Assembly (NCBI GenBank): GCA_022822855.1
Contig: JAJDYG010000009.1
Location: forward strand, 32,460 to 96,459
Reading direction: 5' to 3'
Source of the DNA: Dehalococcoidia bacterium
Lineage (GTDB): Bacteria > Chloroflexota > Dehalococcoidia > Bin125
DNA: 64,000 nucleotides
Shown: one piece after another, positions 53,935-63,635 of the stretch
How the letters are laid out: the number at the start of each line of letters is the position of its first letter
Numbering within the stretch: the first letter of the stretch is position 1
Notes under the pieces: generated by a model
What the model was told of the DNA's origin: nothing
Seen by the model: the letters and a program-made list of their open reading frames with translations, nothing else
Database searches by the model: none
Position numbers and translations under genes: made by a program

Positions 53935-54864
53935 TCAGTCGTTCGCGTACACCGGCGTCAGCCAGTGTGAGTATGAATCGCGGTTGCCGATGATCGCGTC
54001 AAAATAGAGGCGCTCCAGTTGCGCAGTGATCGGGCCCGTCTCGCCTCCGTTGATCACCCGCCGGTCGACCGAAGAAATGGGCGTGACATGGGCAGCCGTA
54101 CCGGTCATGAAGACTTCGTCGGCCAGCCACAGTTCCGAGCGATCAAGCGTGCGCTCGACCGTCGGAATCCCAAGTTCTTGCTCGGCCAGCTCCATGACGG
54201 TGTTTCGCGTAATCCCGACCAGGATGTTGTCGGAGCTTGGCGGCGTGTAGATCACCCCGTCGTTGATGATGAAGATGTTTTCGCCCGAGCCCTCCGAGAC
54301 GTGCCCGTCCTCGTTGAGCATGATCGCCTCGTCGAACCCCGCCGTCTCCGCCTCGGTCTTGGCCAACGCCGAGTTGATGTATGCGCCGGTCACCTTGGCT
54401 CGAACCGGAATCGACTGGTCTTCAGTCCGCCGCCAGGACGATGTCACAACATGCACGCCGCCGGCCGCATCGAGGTATGCGCCCCAGGGGATCAGGAAGC
54501 AGAGGAAATCGTCGGCAATCCCGTGCAGCCGGACGCCCAGCGCTTCGGCCGACTTGTAGACCATCGGACGCACGTACACGTCCTGCTTGAATTCGCTCCG
54601 GCGCACGAGATCAACAGTGATGTCGCAGAGCTCATCGTCCGACAGCGGCAGGTCCATCATCAGCGCGTGAGCTGACTTGCGCAGCCGCTCGTAGTGTTCG
54701 CGCATGCGGAACAGGTAGAGCTCCTCGTGGTCGGCGTTCCAGTTGGCGCGGATGCCCTCGAATACGGCCGTACCGTAGTGCAGAGCATGGGTCATGACGC
54801 TGATCTTGGCGTCGGCCAGGGGCATGACTTCGCCCTGGAGGTAGGCCATTTCCGTGCCGGACAT
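53935..54864 (-). CDS. ilvE: Branched-chain amino acid aminotransferase
   Basis: BCAT class IV aminotransferase pattern (HALHYGTAVFEGIRA, ...EGSGENIF). Confidence 0.85.
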   Translation of the reverse strand: MSGTEMAYLQGEVMPLADAKISVMTHALHYGTAVFEGIRANWNADHEELYLFRMREHYERLRKSAHALMMDLPLSDDELCDITVDLVRRSEFKQDVYVRPMVYKSAEALGVRLHGIADDFLCFLIPWGAYLDAAGGVHVVTSSWRRTEDQSIPVRAKVTGAYINSALAKTEAETAGFDEAIMLNEDGHVSEGSGENIFIINDGVIYTPPSSDNILVGITRNTVMELAEQELGIPTVERTLDRSELWLADEVFMTGTAAHVTPISSVDRRVINGGETGPITAQLERLYFDAIIGNRDSYSHWLTPVYAND

Positions 54865-54988
54865 CGCGCGCTCCTCGTGAACCTGAGGTCAGTGCCGAAG
54901 CATTACCCGTCACGATACACGCGAGTTCGGCCGCGTTCGATTGTTGTGATCACTACTTGATGAGGTTCTACGGCTCGTGCTCTGGTCT

Positions 54989-55402
54989 CTACAGCACCAT
55001 CTGAGTCTGCGTCACCTGGGCGACCAGCTTGCCCTCCGGATTGAGAATCGTCGTCTGCCAGACCTGTGTCCGCCGACCGCGGTGCATCGGCCGGCACTCG
55101 CCTCGCAGAGTCGTCCCCTCGGCGCCCCCGCGGAAGAAATTGGTTTTCGACTCGATCGTCGTCGTCCCCGCGCCCGGAGGCAGATTCGCGCTCGTCCCGA
55201 CCGCTCCCAGCGTATCGGCGAACGCCATGATCGCCCCGCCGTGCATCAGCCCCGGCGCCGTACACAGTTCGCGACGGACATCGATCTCCCCGACGATCAA
55301 TTCCGCCTCAACCGACACAAGCCGTAGCCCGATGTGCTCGGGCAGAAGCCCCTCGAACCCTCGTCGGAACGGCTCTACATCTCGCGAAACTGCGTCTGGC
55401 AT
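54989..55402 (-). CDS. PaaI-family hotdog-fold thioesterase
   Basis: LHGGAIMAFADTLG motif. Confidence 0.7.
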   Translation of the reverse strand: MPDAVSRDVEPFRRGFEGLLPEHIGLRLVSVEAELIVGEIDVRRELCTAPGLMHGGAIMAFADTLGAVGTSANLPPGAGTTTIESKTNFFRGGAEGTTLRGECRPMHRGRRTQVWQTTILNPEGKLVAQVTQTQMVL

Positions 55403-55467
55403 CGATCGGACCCTTCGATTCTCTGCTCAGGACTGAATCAAGCCTGGTGTGGTGATAACGTCACGCC

Positions 55468-56373
55468 ATGAGCGCTACGCCAATCTATCGCGTCGGATCC
55501 CGTGAAGTTCGCGTCCTCTCCGACGGCGTGATCTGGCTCGACGCCGGCGCCGTCTTCGGCCTCGTCCCCAAGATCATGTGGCAGCGCGTCACCGGCGAGA
55601 CCAACGACCTGAACCAGATTCCCCTAGCCCTCAACTGCCTCCTGCTCGAATCCGACGGCAAGACCGTCCTGATCGAGACCGGTCAGGGCAACAAGGACTT
55701 CGAACAGACCCGCCGCCGCGGCTGGGAGCCTGATCACGGCAAGCTGATCGACGATCTGGCCCGCAACGGCATCCAGCCTGCCGATGTCGACATCGTGATC
55801 AACACCCACCTACACAACGACCACACCGGCTGGAACACCATCGAAGACGCCGACGGCGACTTGAACGTCACCTTTCCCAACGCCCGTTACTACATCCAGC
55901 GCGGCGAGTGGGAAGATGCGATGCACCCAAACGAGCGAACCCGCGCCACCTACCTGCCCGAGAACCTCCTGCCGGTCGACGCGGCTGGCCAGATCGAATT
56001 CATCGACGGCGAAACCCAGGTCACCTCGGACATCACCGTGATCGAGACGCCCGGCCACACCGCCGAGCACGCCTCGGTCGTGATCGCTAACGGCGGCGAG
56101 TCGGCCGTCTACCTCGGCGACATGATCCAGCATCAGGTCCAACTGGAGCGGGTCGCCTGGCTGTCGGCCTTCGACGTGCTCCCGCTGATCAACCTCGAGA
56201 CCAAGAAGCGTCTGATCGCCGACGCGATCAAGAACAGATCCCTGTTGGTCGCGGTACACAATCCATTCCCCGGCGTCGGTCGCATGAGCGCCGGCGAGCG
56301 CGGACGCAACGTCTGGACCTCGGAAGAGCCGCACGCGACCGCCGAGACGCTGGAAGTCGTCGGAACCGACTAG
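55468..56373 (+). CDS. MBL-fold metallo-hydrolase
   Basis: HLHNDHTGW motif and a downstream His/Asp. Confidence 0.75.
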   Translation: MSATPIYRVGSREVRVLSDGVIWLDAGAVFGLVPKIMWQRVTGETNDLNQIPLALNCLLLESDGKTVLIETGQGNKDFEQTRRRGWEPDHGKLIDDLARNGIQPADVDIVINTHLHNDHTGWNTIEDADGDLNVTFPNARYYIQRGEWEDAMHPNERTRATYLPENLLPVDAAGQIEFIDGETQVTSDITVIETPGHTAEHASVVIANGGESAVYLGDMIQHQVQLERVAWLSAFDVLPLINLETKKRLIADAIKNRSLLVAVHNPFPGVGRMSAGERGRNVWTSEEPHATAETLEVVGTD

Positions 56374-56420
56374 GGAAGCACCCCAGAAAGAACGCGAAGA
56401 GAACGCGCGAGGGCAAGAAC

Positions 56421-57071
56421 ATGGCATTTGGTGAACACCCGCTCGGCGGCGGCATGGGCATGGACATGGACCCCGCCGAGGTCATGAAGCACCTCCCCAA
56501 GCCGCGGCGCAAGCTGTGGCGGCAAGAGAAGCTGGTCGACGACGTCTACCTCCAGTACCGCGACCAGACCGAAGAGCTGCCCGAGCCGGACCTCGTCGAG
56601 CGCATCTTCCTCATCGTCATGCGCCGCGACCGCTGCCTCGTCGTCCGTCACGGCGACCGCCACCAGCCATGGATGCTCCCAATCCTCGAGTTCGACATCG
56701 AACCGCGACCCGAACCGCTGGACCCTGAACTTGATCAGGACGCCCGCCGCGCCGCGCTGACCCAGACCATCCGCAGCGTCGTCGAAGACACCTGGCAGGT
56801 CCCGATCGTCGACTGGTCGCAGCACACCCGAGTCCAGATGACTGCGCGGGAGTTGCAAGTCGATGTCGAAGTCGGCGCGCGCCGCTACGAGATGGTCGTG
56901 ATGGCTGAGGCCGGCGAGCCGCTCGATCTGGTGGAAGACACGGAGTGGACTCGCCGCTTCTTCCAGCCTCGGGACATGAACAAGCTGCTGCGGGAGCGCT
57001 ACTACGACTACCCAGAGGTCGAGCAGGCCTACGAAGTCCAGGTCATCGAGGCCGCCAAAGCCGCAACCTGA
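56421..57071 (+). CDS. Hypothetical protein
   Basis: ORF with coding-like composition. No recognisable domain. Confidence 0.4.
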   Translation: MAFGEHPLGGGMGMDMDPAEVMKHLPKPRRKLWRQEKLVDDVYLQYRDQTEELPEPDLVERIFLIVMRRDRCLVVRHGDRHQPWMLPILEFDIEPRPEPLDPELDQDARRAALTQTIRSVVEDTWQVPIVDWSQHTRVQMTARELQVDVEVGARRYEMVVMAEAGEPLDLVEDTEWTRRFFQPRDMNKLLRERYYDYPEVEQAYEVQVIEAAKAAT

Positions 57072-57379
57072 TCACTCGGGAACAGACGGTCCGTGAACAG
57101 ACGCAATGCGTGGAAACTAGTACAGTCAGGGCAACCATGACAGAGTGCGCGCCCGTCCCAGATTCGGTCGAGCCGAGCAGACAGCGCTCCGGCCTCCGGG
57201 GTGTCCGTGCGCGGTGGGTACAAGTTGCTGTAGCAGGCGGTCGCGCGTTCCACGCCTGAGTGATCGGCGCTCAGACAAGACATCGGGACCAGGGCCGCTT
57301 CCTCCGAATCGCCGAACCACTACGACCAACAACTCAACACACTGAATGAGTGCACAACGCCCGCCGACGAGAGCGGGTG

Positions 57380-59077
57380 ATGGCTGAGGAGAACGCCATG
57401 CGTTTGACCGGTGCCCGAATCCTGATGGAATGCCTGCGCGCGGAAGGCGTCGAGGTCTTCTTCGGCTACCCCGGCGGCGTCGTCCTGCCGCTCTACAACA
57501 CGCTCGGCGAGTACCCGGACATCAAGCACGTCCTCGTCCGACACGAACAGGCCGCCGCCCACGCCGCCGACGGCTACGCCCGCGTCGCCGGTCGCACCGG
57601 CGTCTGCCTGGCCACCTCCGGACCCGGCGCGACCAACCTCGTCACCGGCATCACCACCGCCTACATGGACTCCGTGCCGATGGTCGTGCTGACCGGCAAC
57701 GTCGCCCGAGACCTGATCGGCCGCGACGGCTTCCAGGAAGCCGACATTACCGGCATCACCCTGCCGATCACCAAGCACAACTACCTGCTCATGCGCGCTT
57801 CCGAGATCGCGCCCGCGGTCAAAGAGGCCTTCCACATCGCCTCGACCGGCCGCAAGGGCCCGGTCCTCGTCGACATCCCCAAGGACGTCTTCATCGAGGA
57901 GGCGGAATGGGACGGCTACCCGCAGGGCGTCTCGCTGCGCGGCTACCCGATCATGGACGTGCCGCGTGAGGAAGAGGTCGACAAGGCTGCTGAGATCATC
58001 AACGCCGCCAAGAAGCCGATCATCATCGCGGGGCACGGCGTCGTCCAGTCGGACGCCCAGGACGAGCTGCTCGAGTTCGCCGAGCGTTCCGACACGCCGG
58101 TGCTGACCACCCTCCTCGGTATCTCCGGAATGCCCGAGGATCACGAGCTGTCCTACGGCTTCCTCGGCATGCACGGACACTTCTACGCCAATATGGCCGC
58201 CGACAGCGCCGATGTCGTGATCGGCATCGGCATGCGCTTCGACGATCGCGCGATGGGCCGCTTTGCTGACTTCAACAAGACAGCGAAAATCGTTCACATC
58301 GACATCGACCCGGCGGAAATCGGCAAGAACTTCAAGACCCACGCGCCCGTCAACGGCGATGTCAAGGAGACGCTCTCGCGGCTGCTCCCCCAGATCGAAC
58401 GGAGTTCGCACCCCGAGTGGCGGACTGAGATCGATCAGATCATGGAACAGCATCCGACCGATTACATCGAGGAAGGCACCGGACTCGGCGGACCCTGGTT
58501 GGTCCGCGCGCTCGCCGAAGCGACCGAGGGCCAGTCCACGATCGTCACGGGCGTCGGCCAGCACCAGATGTGGGCCGCCCAGTACTACCCCTACACGAAA
58601 AAGCGTCAATGGGTCACCTCCGGTGGTCTCGGCACCATGGGCTACGAAGTCCCCGCCGCGATGGGCGCCCAGTTCGCCCAGCAGGAGCCGATCTGGTCAA
58701 TCTGCGGCGACGGCGGCTTCCAGATGACCTCGCAGGAGCTACAGACGGTCGCCGATCACAACCTGCCGGTGCGCTTCGCCATCTTCAACAACGGCTTCCT
58801 CGGCATGGTCCGCCAGTGGCAGGAGCTGTTCTACGAGAACAACTACCACTCGGTGGACTTGGGCCAGCCCGACTTCGTCAAGCTCGCCGAGGCCTACGGC
58901 ATCCGGGGCATCCGCGCCGCCACCCGCGCCGAGGCGATGCAGGTCTTCCGCGACCTCGAGGGCTACGACGGACCCGTCGTGATCGACTTCCAGCTCGAGC
59001 GCGAAGAAAACGTCTGGCCGATGGTTCCCGCCGGCGCGGCGCTCTCGGAAACGATTGAATCGGCCGACGACCTCTAG
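57380..59077 (+). CDS. ilvB: Acetolactate synthase, large (catalytic) subunit
   Basis: TPP-enzyme signature (GYPGG, GPGATNLVTGI, GDGGFQM) and ilvBN arrangement. Start set at MAEENAMRLTG. Confidence 0.9.
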   Translation: MAEENAMRLTGARILMECLRAEGVEVFFGYPGGVVLPLYNTLGEYPDIKHVLVRHEQAAAHAADGYARVAGRTGVCLATSGPGATNLVTGITTAYMDSVPMVVLTGNVARDLIGRDGFQEADITGITLPITKHNYLLMRASEIAPAVKEAFHIASTGRKGPVLVDIPKDVFIEEAEWDGYPQGVSLRGYPIMDVPREEEVDKAAEIINAAKKPIIIAGHGVVQSDAQDELLEFAERSDTPVLTTLLGISGMPEDHELSYGFLGMHGHFYANMAADSADVVIGIGMRFDDRAMGRFADFNKTAKIVHIDIDPAEIGKNFKTHAPVNGDVKETLSRLLPQIERSSHPEWRTEIDQIMEQHPTDYIEEGTGLGGPWLVRALAEATEGQSTIVTGVGQHQMWAAQYYPYTKKRQWVTSGGLGTMGYEVPAAMGAQFAQQEPIWSICGDGGFQMTSQELQTVADHNLPVRFAIFNNGFLGMVRQWQELFYENNYHSVDLGQPDFVKLAEAYGIRGIRAATRAEAMQVFRDLEGYDGPVVIDFQLEREENVWPMVPAGAALSETIESADDL

Positions 59078-59111
59078 AGCAGTACTGACCGAAACAGAGG
59101 AGACTCTCTGA

Positions 59112-59699
59112 ATGGCTTCCCGCAATACCATCGTCGCCCACGTCGAAGACCGCCCGGGCGTTCTGGCGCGCGTCGCGTCGTTGTTCCGCCGCCGAGGTTT
59201 CAATATCGAGTCGCTCACCGTCGGTCACTGCGAAGAGCCCGGCCTCAGCCGCATGACCATCGTCGTCGACGGCGACGATCACCAGGTCGACCAGGTCTGC
59301 CGCCAACTGTTCAAACTGATCGACGTCGTCTCCGTTCAGGACATCACCTACGTCCCGATGGTTGACCGCGAACTCGCGCTGATCAAAGTCTCGGCCAGCA
59401 ATTTCAACCGCCGCGAGGTCCTCGACGTGGTCGAGGTGTTCCGCGCCGATGTCGTCGACGTCCATTCGGATGCGCTGATCGTCCAGGTGCTCGGCGACGA
59501 GGGCAAGGTCGACGCCGCTCTCAAGATGTTCGAGCAGTTCGGCATCCTCGAGATGGTCCGCACCGGTCGCGTCGCCATGCTGCGCGGCACCGAGACCACC
59601 AAGCCGCCAGCCATCTCCGACTCCCAGCAGGCCGCCGCCGCCATCCGAGCCATGCTCGGCCGCCGACCCGAAGGCGCCCTCCCCTTCGCCAGCGACTAA
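59112..59699 (+). CDS. ilvN: Acetolactate synthase, small (regulatory) subunit
   Basis: ACT domain N-terminus (TIVAHVEDRPGVLARVASLFRRRGFNIESLTVG). Lies immediately downstream of ilvB. Confidence 0.85.
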   Translation: MASRNTIVAHVEDRPGVLARVASLFRRRGFNIESLTVGHCEEPGLSRMTIVVDGDDHQVDQVCRQLFKLIDVVSVQDITYVPMVDRELALIKVSASNFNRREVLDVVEVFRADVVDVHSDALIVQVLGDEGKVDAALKMFEQFGILEMVRTGRVAMLRGTETTKPPAISDSQQAAAAIRAMLGRRPEGALPFASD

Positions 59700-59715
59700 C
59701 CGCCGAACAAATCCC

Positions 59716-59790
59716 CACTCCCTTTCTCCCCCCGCGAAGCGGGGGGAGATGCCGAAGGCAGAGGGGGGTCCCCGCTTGCCCTACCCTCCT
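59716..59790. repeat. GC-rich palindromic hairpin element; inverted copy of the element at 21931-22075
   Basis: tctccccccgcgaagcggggggaga hairpin. The reverse complement of 59741-59773 shares the 28-nt core cccccctctgccttcggcatctcccccc with 21934-21961. Confidence 0.75.
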
Positions 59791-60229
59791 CCCGAGTCAC
59801 TTCTCCCTCCGCGGGGCTGCGCGCAAATCGCCTCAGCACACCATCGCGCCCACGTAGGGGGCGACCCTCGTGGTCGCCCTGTCCGCTGAAAACGAAGGAC
59901 GAGGCCAACCCTCCAATGCCCCGCACTTACCCTCCGATGCCCCGTGCTTGCCTGCCCCTGGCTTGAACAGGGGACACGGGGCCCAGACCTCAGCCGTTGC
60001 AATCGCGAAAGCCTCGGCCTCACTTCGGCCTCAGCCACGAAAGTCCCATCTGCAAGCCAAACAACGCTCCACCTCTAAGAGAACCTATGTACGGTTAGAA
60101 TCAGCCAGCACCAAATCCAACCACCTGAAGGGGAGGCACTATGCCCATGCCGACGCAACATCAGCCTCGCGGTTTCCCCCTGCCCACCAACCGTTCTCCT
60201 CACACAGATCCGAACAAGCCCGAACACGC

Positions 60230-60440
60230 GGAACACTCCCCTCTGCCCCGTTCAGCTCACCCTGTCGCTGTCCAGCAAACCTTGGACCAACCGGAACATG
60301 GCTGAACACAGCTGAACCAGGCTGAACGATCCTGACCACCCTGAACGCACGATCCTCAGCAATACACTGGAGATCGTCCCATTGATCCGCCAAACACAGA
60401 TTTCACCTGAACACCTGAACACCTGAACCGCGAACAACTG
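60230..60440 (+). repeat. Cluster of CTGAAC(A/G) hexamer repeats in G-depleted ilvN-ilvC spacer
   Basis: About 10 copies, e.g. ggctgaacacagctgaaccaggctgaacgatcctgaccaccctgaacgc and cacctgaacacctgaacacctgaacc. Confidence 0.6.
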
Positions 60441-60512
60441 CCCAATACCCAATCCACGCCTACACTCAGGCGAGAACAACGATCACCCAACCCCAACCCG
60501 CAGGAGACCCGT

Positions 60513-61517
60513 ATGCCCGCCCAGATGTACTACGACGCCGACGCCGACCTTGATCTGATCAAGGACAAGAAAATCGCCGTGATCGGCTTCGGCTCCCAGG
60601 GTCACGCGCACGCGCTCAACCTTCGCGACTCAGGCTGCGACGTCATCGTCGGCCTCTATCCCGGCTCGCGAAGCTGGAACAAGGTCCAGGACTCCGGACT
60701 CCAGGTCGACACCGTCGCCGACGCCGCAGCCGCCGCCGACATCGTCATGGTCCTCACCCCCGACCACGTCCAGAAGGCGATCTACGACCAGCACATCGCC
60801 CCCTCGATGACCGAGGGCAAGACCCTGATGTTCGCTCACGGCTTCGCCATCCACTACAACCAGGTCGCTCCGCCGCCCGAGGTCGATGTCACGATGATCG
60901 CCCCGAAGGGCCCCGGTCACCTCGTCCGCCGAGTCTTCGAAGAAGGCGGCGGCGTCCCGGCGCTGCTCGCCATCTACCAGGACGCTTCCGAGACCGCCAG
61001 GGAGGTCGCCCTCGCCTACGCCAAGGGCATCGGAGGCACCCGCGCCGGCGTCCTCGAAACCACCTTCCTCGAGGAAACCGAAACCGACCTCTTCGGCGAG
61101 CAGTCCGTCCTCTGCGGCGGCGTCACCGCCCTGATGCAGGCCGGATTCGAGACCCTCGTTGAGGCCGGTTACCAGCCCGAGTCCGCTTACTTCGAGACGA
61201 TCCACGAGGTCAAGCTGATCGTCGACCTGATCTACGAGGGCGGCTTCGCCAACATGCGCTACTCGGTCTCCGACACCGCCGAGTATGGCGACCTGACCCG
61301 GGGCCCGCGCATCGTCGACGAGTCCGTCAAGGCCAGGATGAAGCAGATCCTCGACGACATCCAGGACGGCACCTTCGCCCGAGAGTGGATCATGGAAAAC
61401 CAGACCGGCCGCCCTGGCTTCGATAAGCTCCGAGCCCGCGCCGCCAGCCACCCCAGCGAAGAGGTCGGAGCCGAGCTCCGAGGCATGATGTCCTGGCTCA
61501 ACGAAGAAGCCGACTAA
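60513..61517 (+). CDS. ilvC: Ketol-acid reductoisomerase
   Basis: [19 protein letters not shown]ossmann motif and KARI C-terminal domain. Confidence 0.9.
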   Translation: MPAQMYYDADADLDLIKDKKIAVIGFGSQGHAHALNLRDSGCDVIVGLYPGSRSWNKVQDSGLQVDTVADAAAAADIVMVLTPDHVQKAIYDQHIAPSMTEGKTLMFAHGFAIHYNQVAPPPEVDVTMIAPKGPGHLVRRVFEEGGGVPALLAIYQDASETAREVALAYAKGIGGTRAGVLETTFLEETETDLFGEQSVLCGGVTALMQAGFETLVEAGYQPESAYFETIHEVKLIVDLIYEGGFANMRYSVSDTAEYGDLTRGPRIVDESVKARMKQILDDIQDGTFAREWIMENQTGRPGFDKLRARAASHPSEEVGAELRGMMSWLNEEAD

Positions 61518-61529
61518 CCCGACTCGCGC

Positions 61530-62030
61530 TCAGCCGGAGCGTTCGTCCAGAGCAAGTTGATACGGCAGCGGATCGCCCAGGTCACCGTCGCGCCAGTGGG
61601 TGAGCGAGTGGGCGAGGTCTGACAGCTCCGACGCCGATTGACCCTCGGTCGCCCGCAGGATCTGCTCCGTCGTCGCGATCTCGGCGCCGTTGAAGCCGAA
61701 CAGGTCGGCACTGGTCAGCGCCATCGGACGGTACTGCGTGTACCCGCCCAGGTCCGACGGTTGGATCACGATGCTGCCGTCATCGATCAGCGGGTCCAGG
61801 TACAGCTCGAACTTGACCAGCCACGGCCCGTGCTCGGCGACCACATAGTCCGCCCCGGTGATCGACTCCCCGTGCCGGCGATAGTGCAGAAAGTCGCTCA
61901 GGCAGAGCAACGTGTTCAGTTGACTCGTCCCGAACGAGCGCGCCGTGATCCGCCGCTCGCACAGATAGATGATCAACTCGCGCAGCTTGGGTTCTCCCAA
62001 CTCCGAGGTGAAGCGGGTGAGCGTGGTCAT
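61530..62030 (-). CDS. Panacea (DUF4065, SocA-like) domain protein - candidate antitoxin
   Basis: Pattern KLRELIIYLC...LCLSDFLHYRRHGESITGADYVVAEHGPW and the C-terminal SASELSDLAHSLTHW resemble the DUF4065/Panacea domain. Confidence 0.55.
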   Translation of the reverse strand: MTTLTRFTSELGEPKLRELIIYLCERRITARSFGTSQLNTLLCLSDFLHYRRHGESITGADYVVAEHGPWLVKFELYLDPLIDDGSIVIQPSDLGGYTQYRPMALTSADLFGFNGAEIATTEQILRATEGQSASELSDLAHSLTHWRDGDLGDPLPYQLALDERSG

Positions 62031-62042
62031 ACGATCTCCAGT

Positions 62043-62432
62043 TCAGCCGCTCGTCCGGGCGGGCTTGGCCGCCCTGGGTTTCGCATGGCGTAGCTCGTGC
62101 GGCACGCCGCGGGCTTCGAACAGGTCGACCCACTCCTGCTGAGTCCGGTTGCGCAAGGCCTCAGTGATCACCGTCGATAGCTCCGAGGCGTGCTGAAGTC
62201 GCAACTCCGCCGTCGCAAAGCGCGGGTCGTCCTCGATCTGAAGCTGAAACTCCGGCAGATACGCCTCGCCGTCGGCTGGATGGCGCTCGTGATGATCCCA
62301 CATGTGATCGGCGAGTGCAGCCTCACCCAGTGTGTCGCGCAGCCGTTGCCACTCCGCGTCGGTCGCAATCGTCAGATGGACCCAGCCGTCTGTCGCGCGG
62401 TACGCCCTCTGCAATGCGTTGAAGTCCGCCAT
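62043..62432 (-). CDS. Hypothetical protein, upstream partner of the Panacea-domain gene (candidate toxin)
   Basis: 129-aa ORF lying 13 nt upstream on the same strand. No recognisable domain. Confidence 0.4.
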   Translation of the reverse strand: MADFNALQRAYRATDGWVHLTIATDAEWQRLRDTLGEAALADHMWDHHERHPADGEAYLPEFQLQIEDDPRFATAELRLQHASELSTVITEALRNRTQQEWVDLFEARGVPHELRHAKPRAAKPARTSG

Positions 62433-62527
62433 CTTCCGGTTCCTCTTCTCTGCCTCAACTTGGGCGCAGGCTAGCGGTTAGCCTGCCCTCGAGTTCACTG
62501 GCAATGAGGACCGAAAAGGAGCAAGCC

Positions 62528-63556
62528 ATGCGTGCTGTGGCATCACGAAACGGTCAACTGCGAATCGCCGACGTTGACAAACCGGAACCGGTCGAGGGCG
62601 AGGCGCTGGTCAAAGTCCTGGCCTGCGGCATCTGCGGCTCGGACCTGCATTTCGTCAGGTTCGGCGAGGACATCGTCAAGGGCTCGATGGACTCCGGCAA
62701 CGCGCGCTTCGCGCCCGACCTCAGCCGCGACATCATCATGGGCCACGAGTTCTGCGTCGAGGTCGTCGAATACGGCCCCAACACCAACGGACCCGTCGGG
62801 ATCGGCGATCGGACGACCTCGGTGCCCACCCGCGGCGCCTACAGCAACGACTACCCCGGCGGCTACAGCGAGTACATGGTGCTCGACGCGTCGATGCTGC
62901 TTCCCGTCGAGGACAGCGTCGAGACCGAGCACGCCGCCACCACCGAGCCGATGGCCGTCGGCATGCACGCCGTCCGCGCCGGACAACTGAGCGGCGGTGA
63001 GCCGACGGTCGTCTACGGTTGCGGACCGGTCGGCCTGGCCACCATCGCCAGCCTGCGCAACGAGGGCTCGGGCATAATCATCGCCTCCGACTTCTCTCCC
63101 CGCCGCCGTGAACTCGCCGGAATCATGGGTGCCGACGTGGTCGTCGACCCGCGAGAAACGCCGCCGATCGCCGCCCTCGAACAGCGCGGCTACACAGCCG
63201 GCAACGAGGTCGTCATGTTCGACGCCATCGGTGTCCGGGGCACGATCGCGCTGCTGATGAAGGAAGCGCCTTCGCGAGGCGCCCGCCTGGTCATCGTCGG
63301 CGTCTGCATGCAGGAGGACACGATCGTCCCGATGGCCGGTATCGAGAAAGAAATCCAGATGAAGTTCGTCCTTGGTTACACGCCGGACGAGTACGCCGAG
63401 ACCCTCGACGCCATCACCTCAGGCGGCATTAGGCCAGGCCCAATCGTCACCGGCCGAGTCGGCCTCGACGGAGTCGCCGGAGCCTTCAACACCCTCGGAG
63501 ACCCCGAAGAGCACTGCAAGATCATGGTCACCCCGCACGAGGACAATGTGCTCTAG
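62528..63556 (+). CDS. Zinc-dependent alcohol dehydrogenase (MDR family)
   Basis: ACGICGSDLHFV and GHEFCVEV motifs, and a GCGPVG Rossmann segment. Confidence 0.8.
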   Translation: MRAVASRNGQLRIADVDKPEPVEGEALVKVLACGICGSDLHFVRFGEDIVKGSMDSGNARFAPDLSRDIIMGHEFCVEVVEYGPNTNGPVGIGDRTTSVPTRGAYSNDYPGGYSEYMVLDASMLLPVEDSVETEHAATTEPMAVGMHAVRAGQLSGGEPTVVYGCGPVGLATIASLRNEGSGIIIASDFSPRRRELAGIMGADVVVDPRETPPIAALEQRGYTAGNEVVMFDAIGVRGTIALLMKEAPSRGARLVIVGVCMQEDTIVPMAGIEKEIQMKFVLGYTPDEYAETLDAITSGGIRPGPIVTGRVGLDGVAGAFNTLGDPEEHCKIMVTPHEDNVL

Positions 63557-63635
63557 TTCAACTGCGAGAACGGAGGGCGTTCCGCGTAGAGAACAGATGT
63601 ATCAGGGACGCGATATATTGGTTGTAGGTCCAGCA

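Noticed and set aside
59870-60325. 151-aa ORF and neighbouring short ORFs in the ilvN-ilvC spacer
   Set aside because: Their Ser/Pro/Ala/His-rich translation comes from the skewed C/A-rich composition. There is no start context or domain. The region is treated as non-coding.
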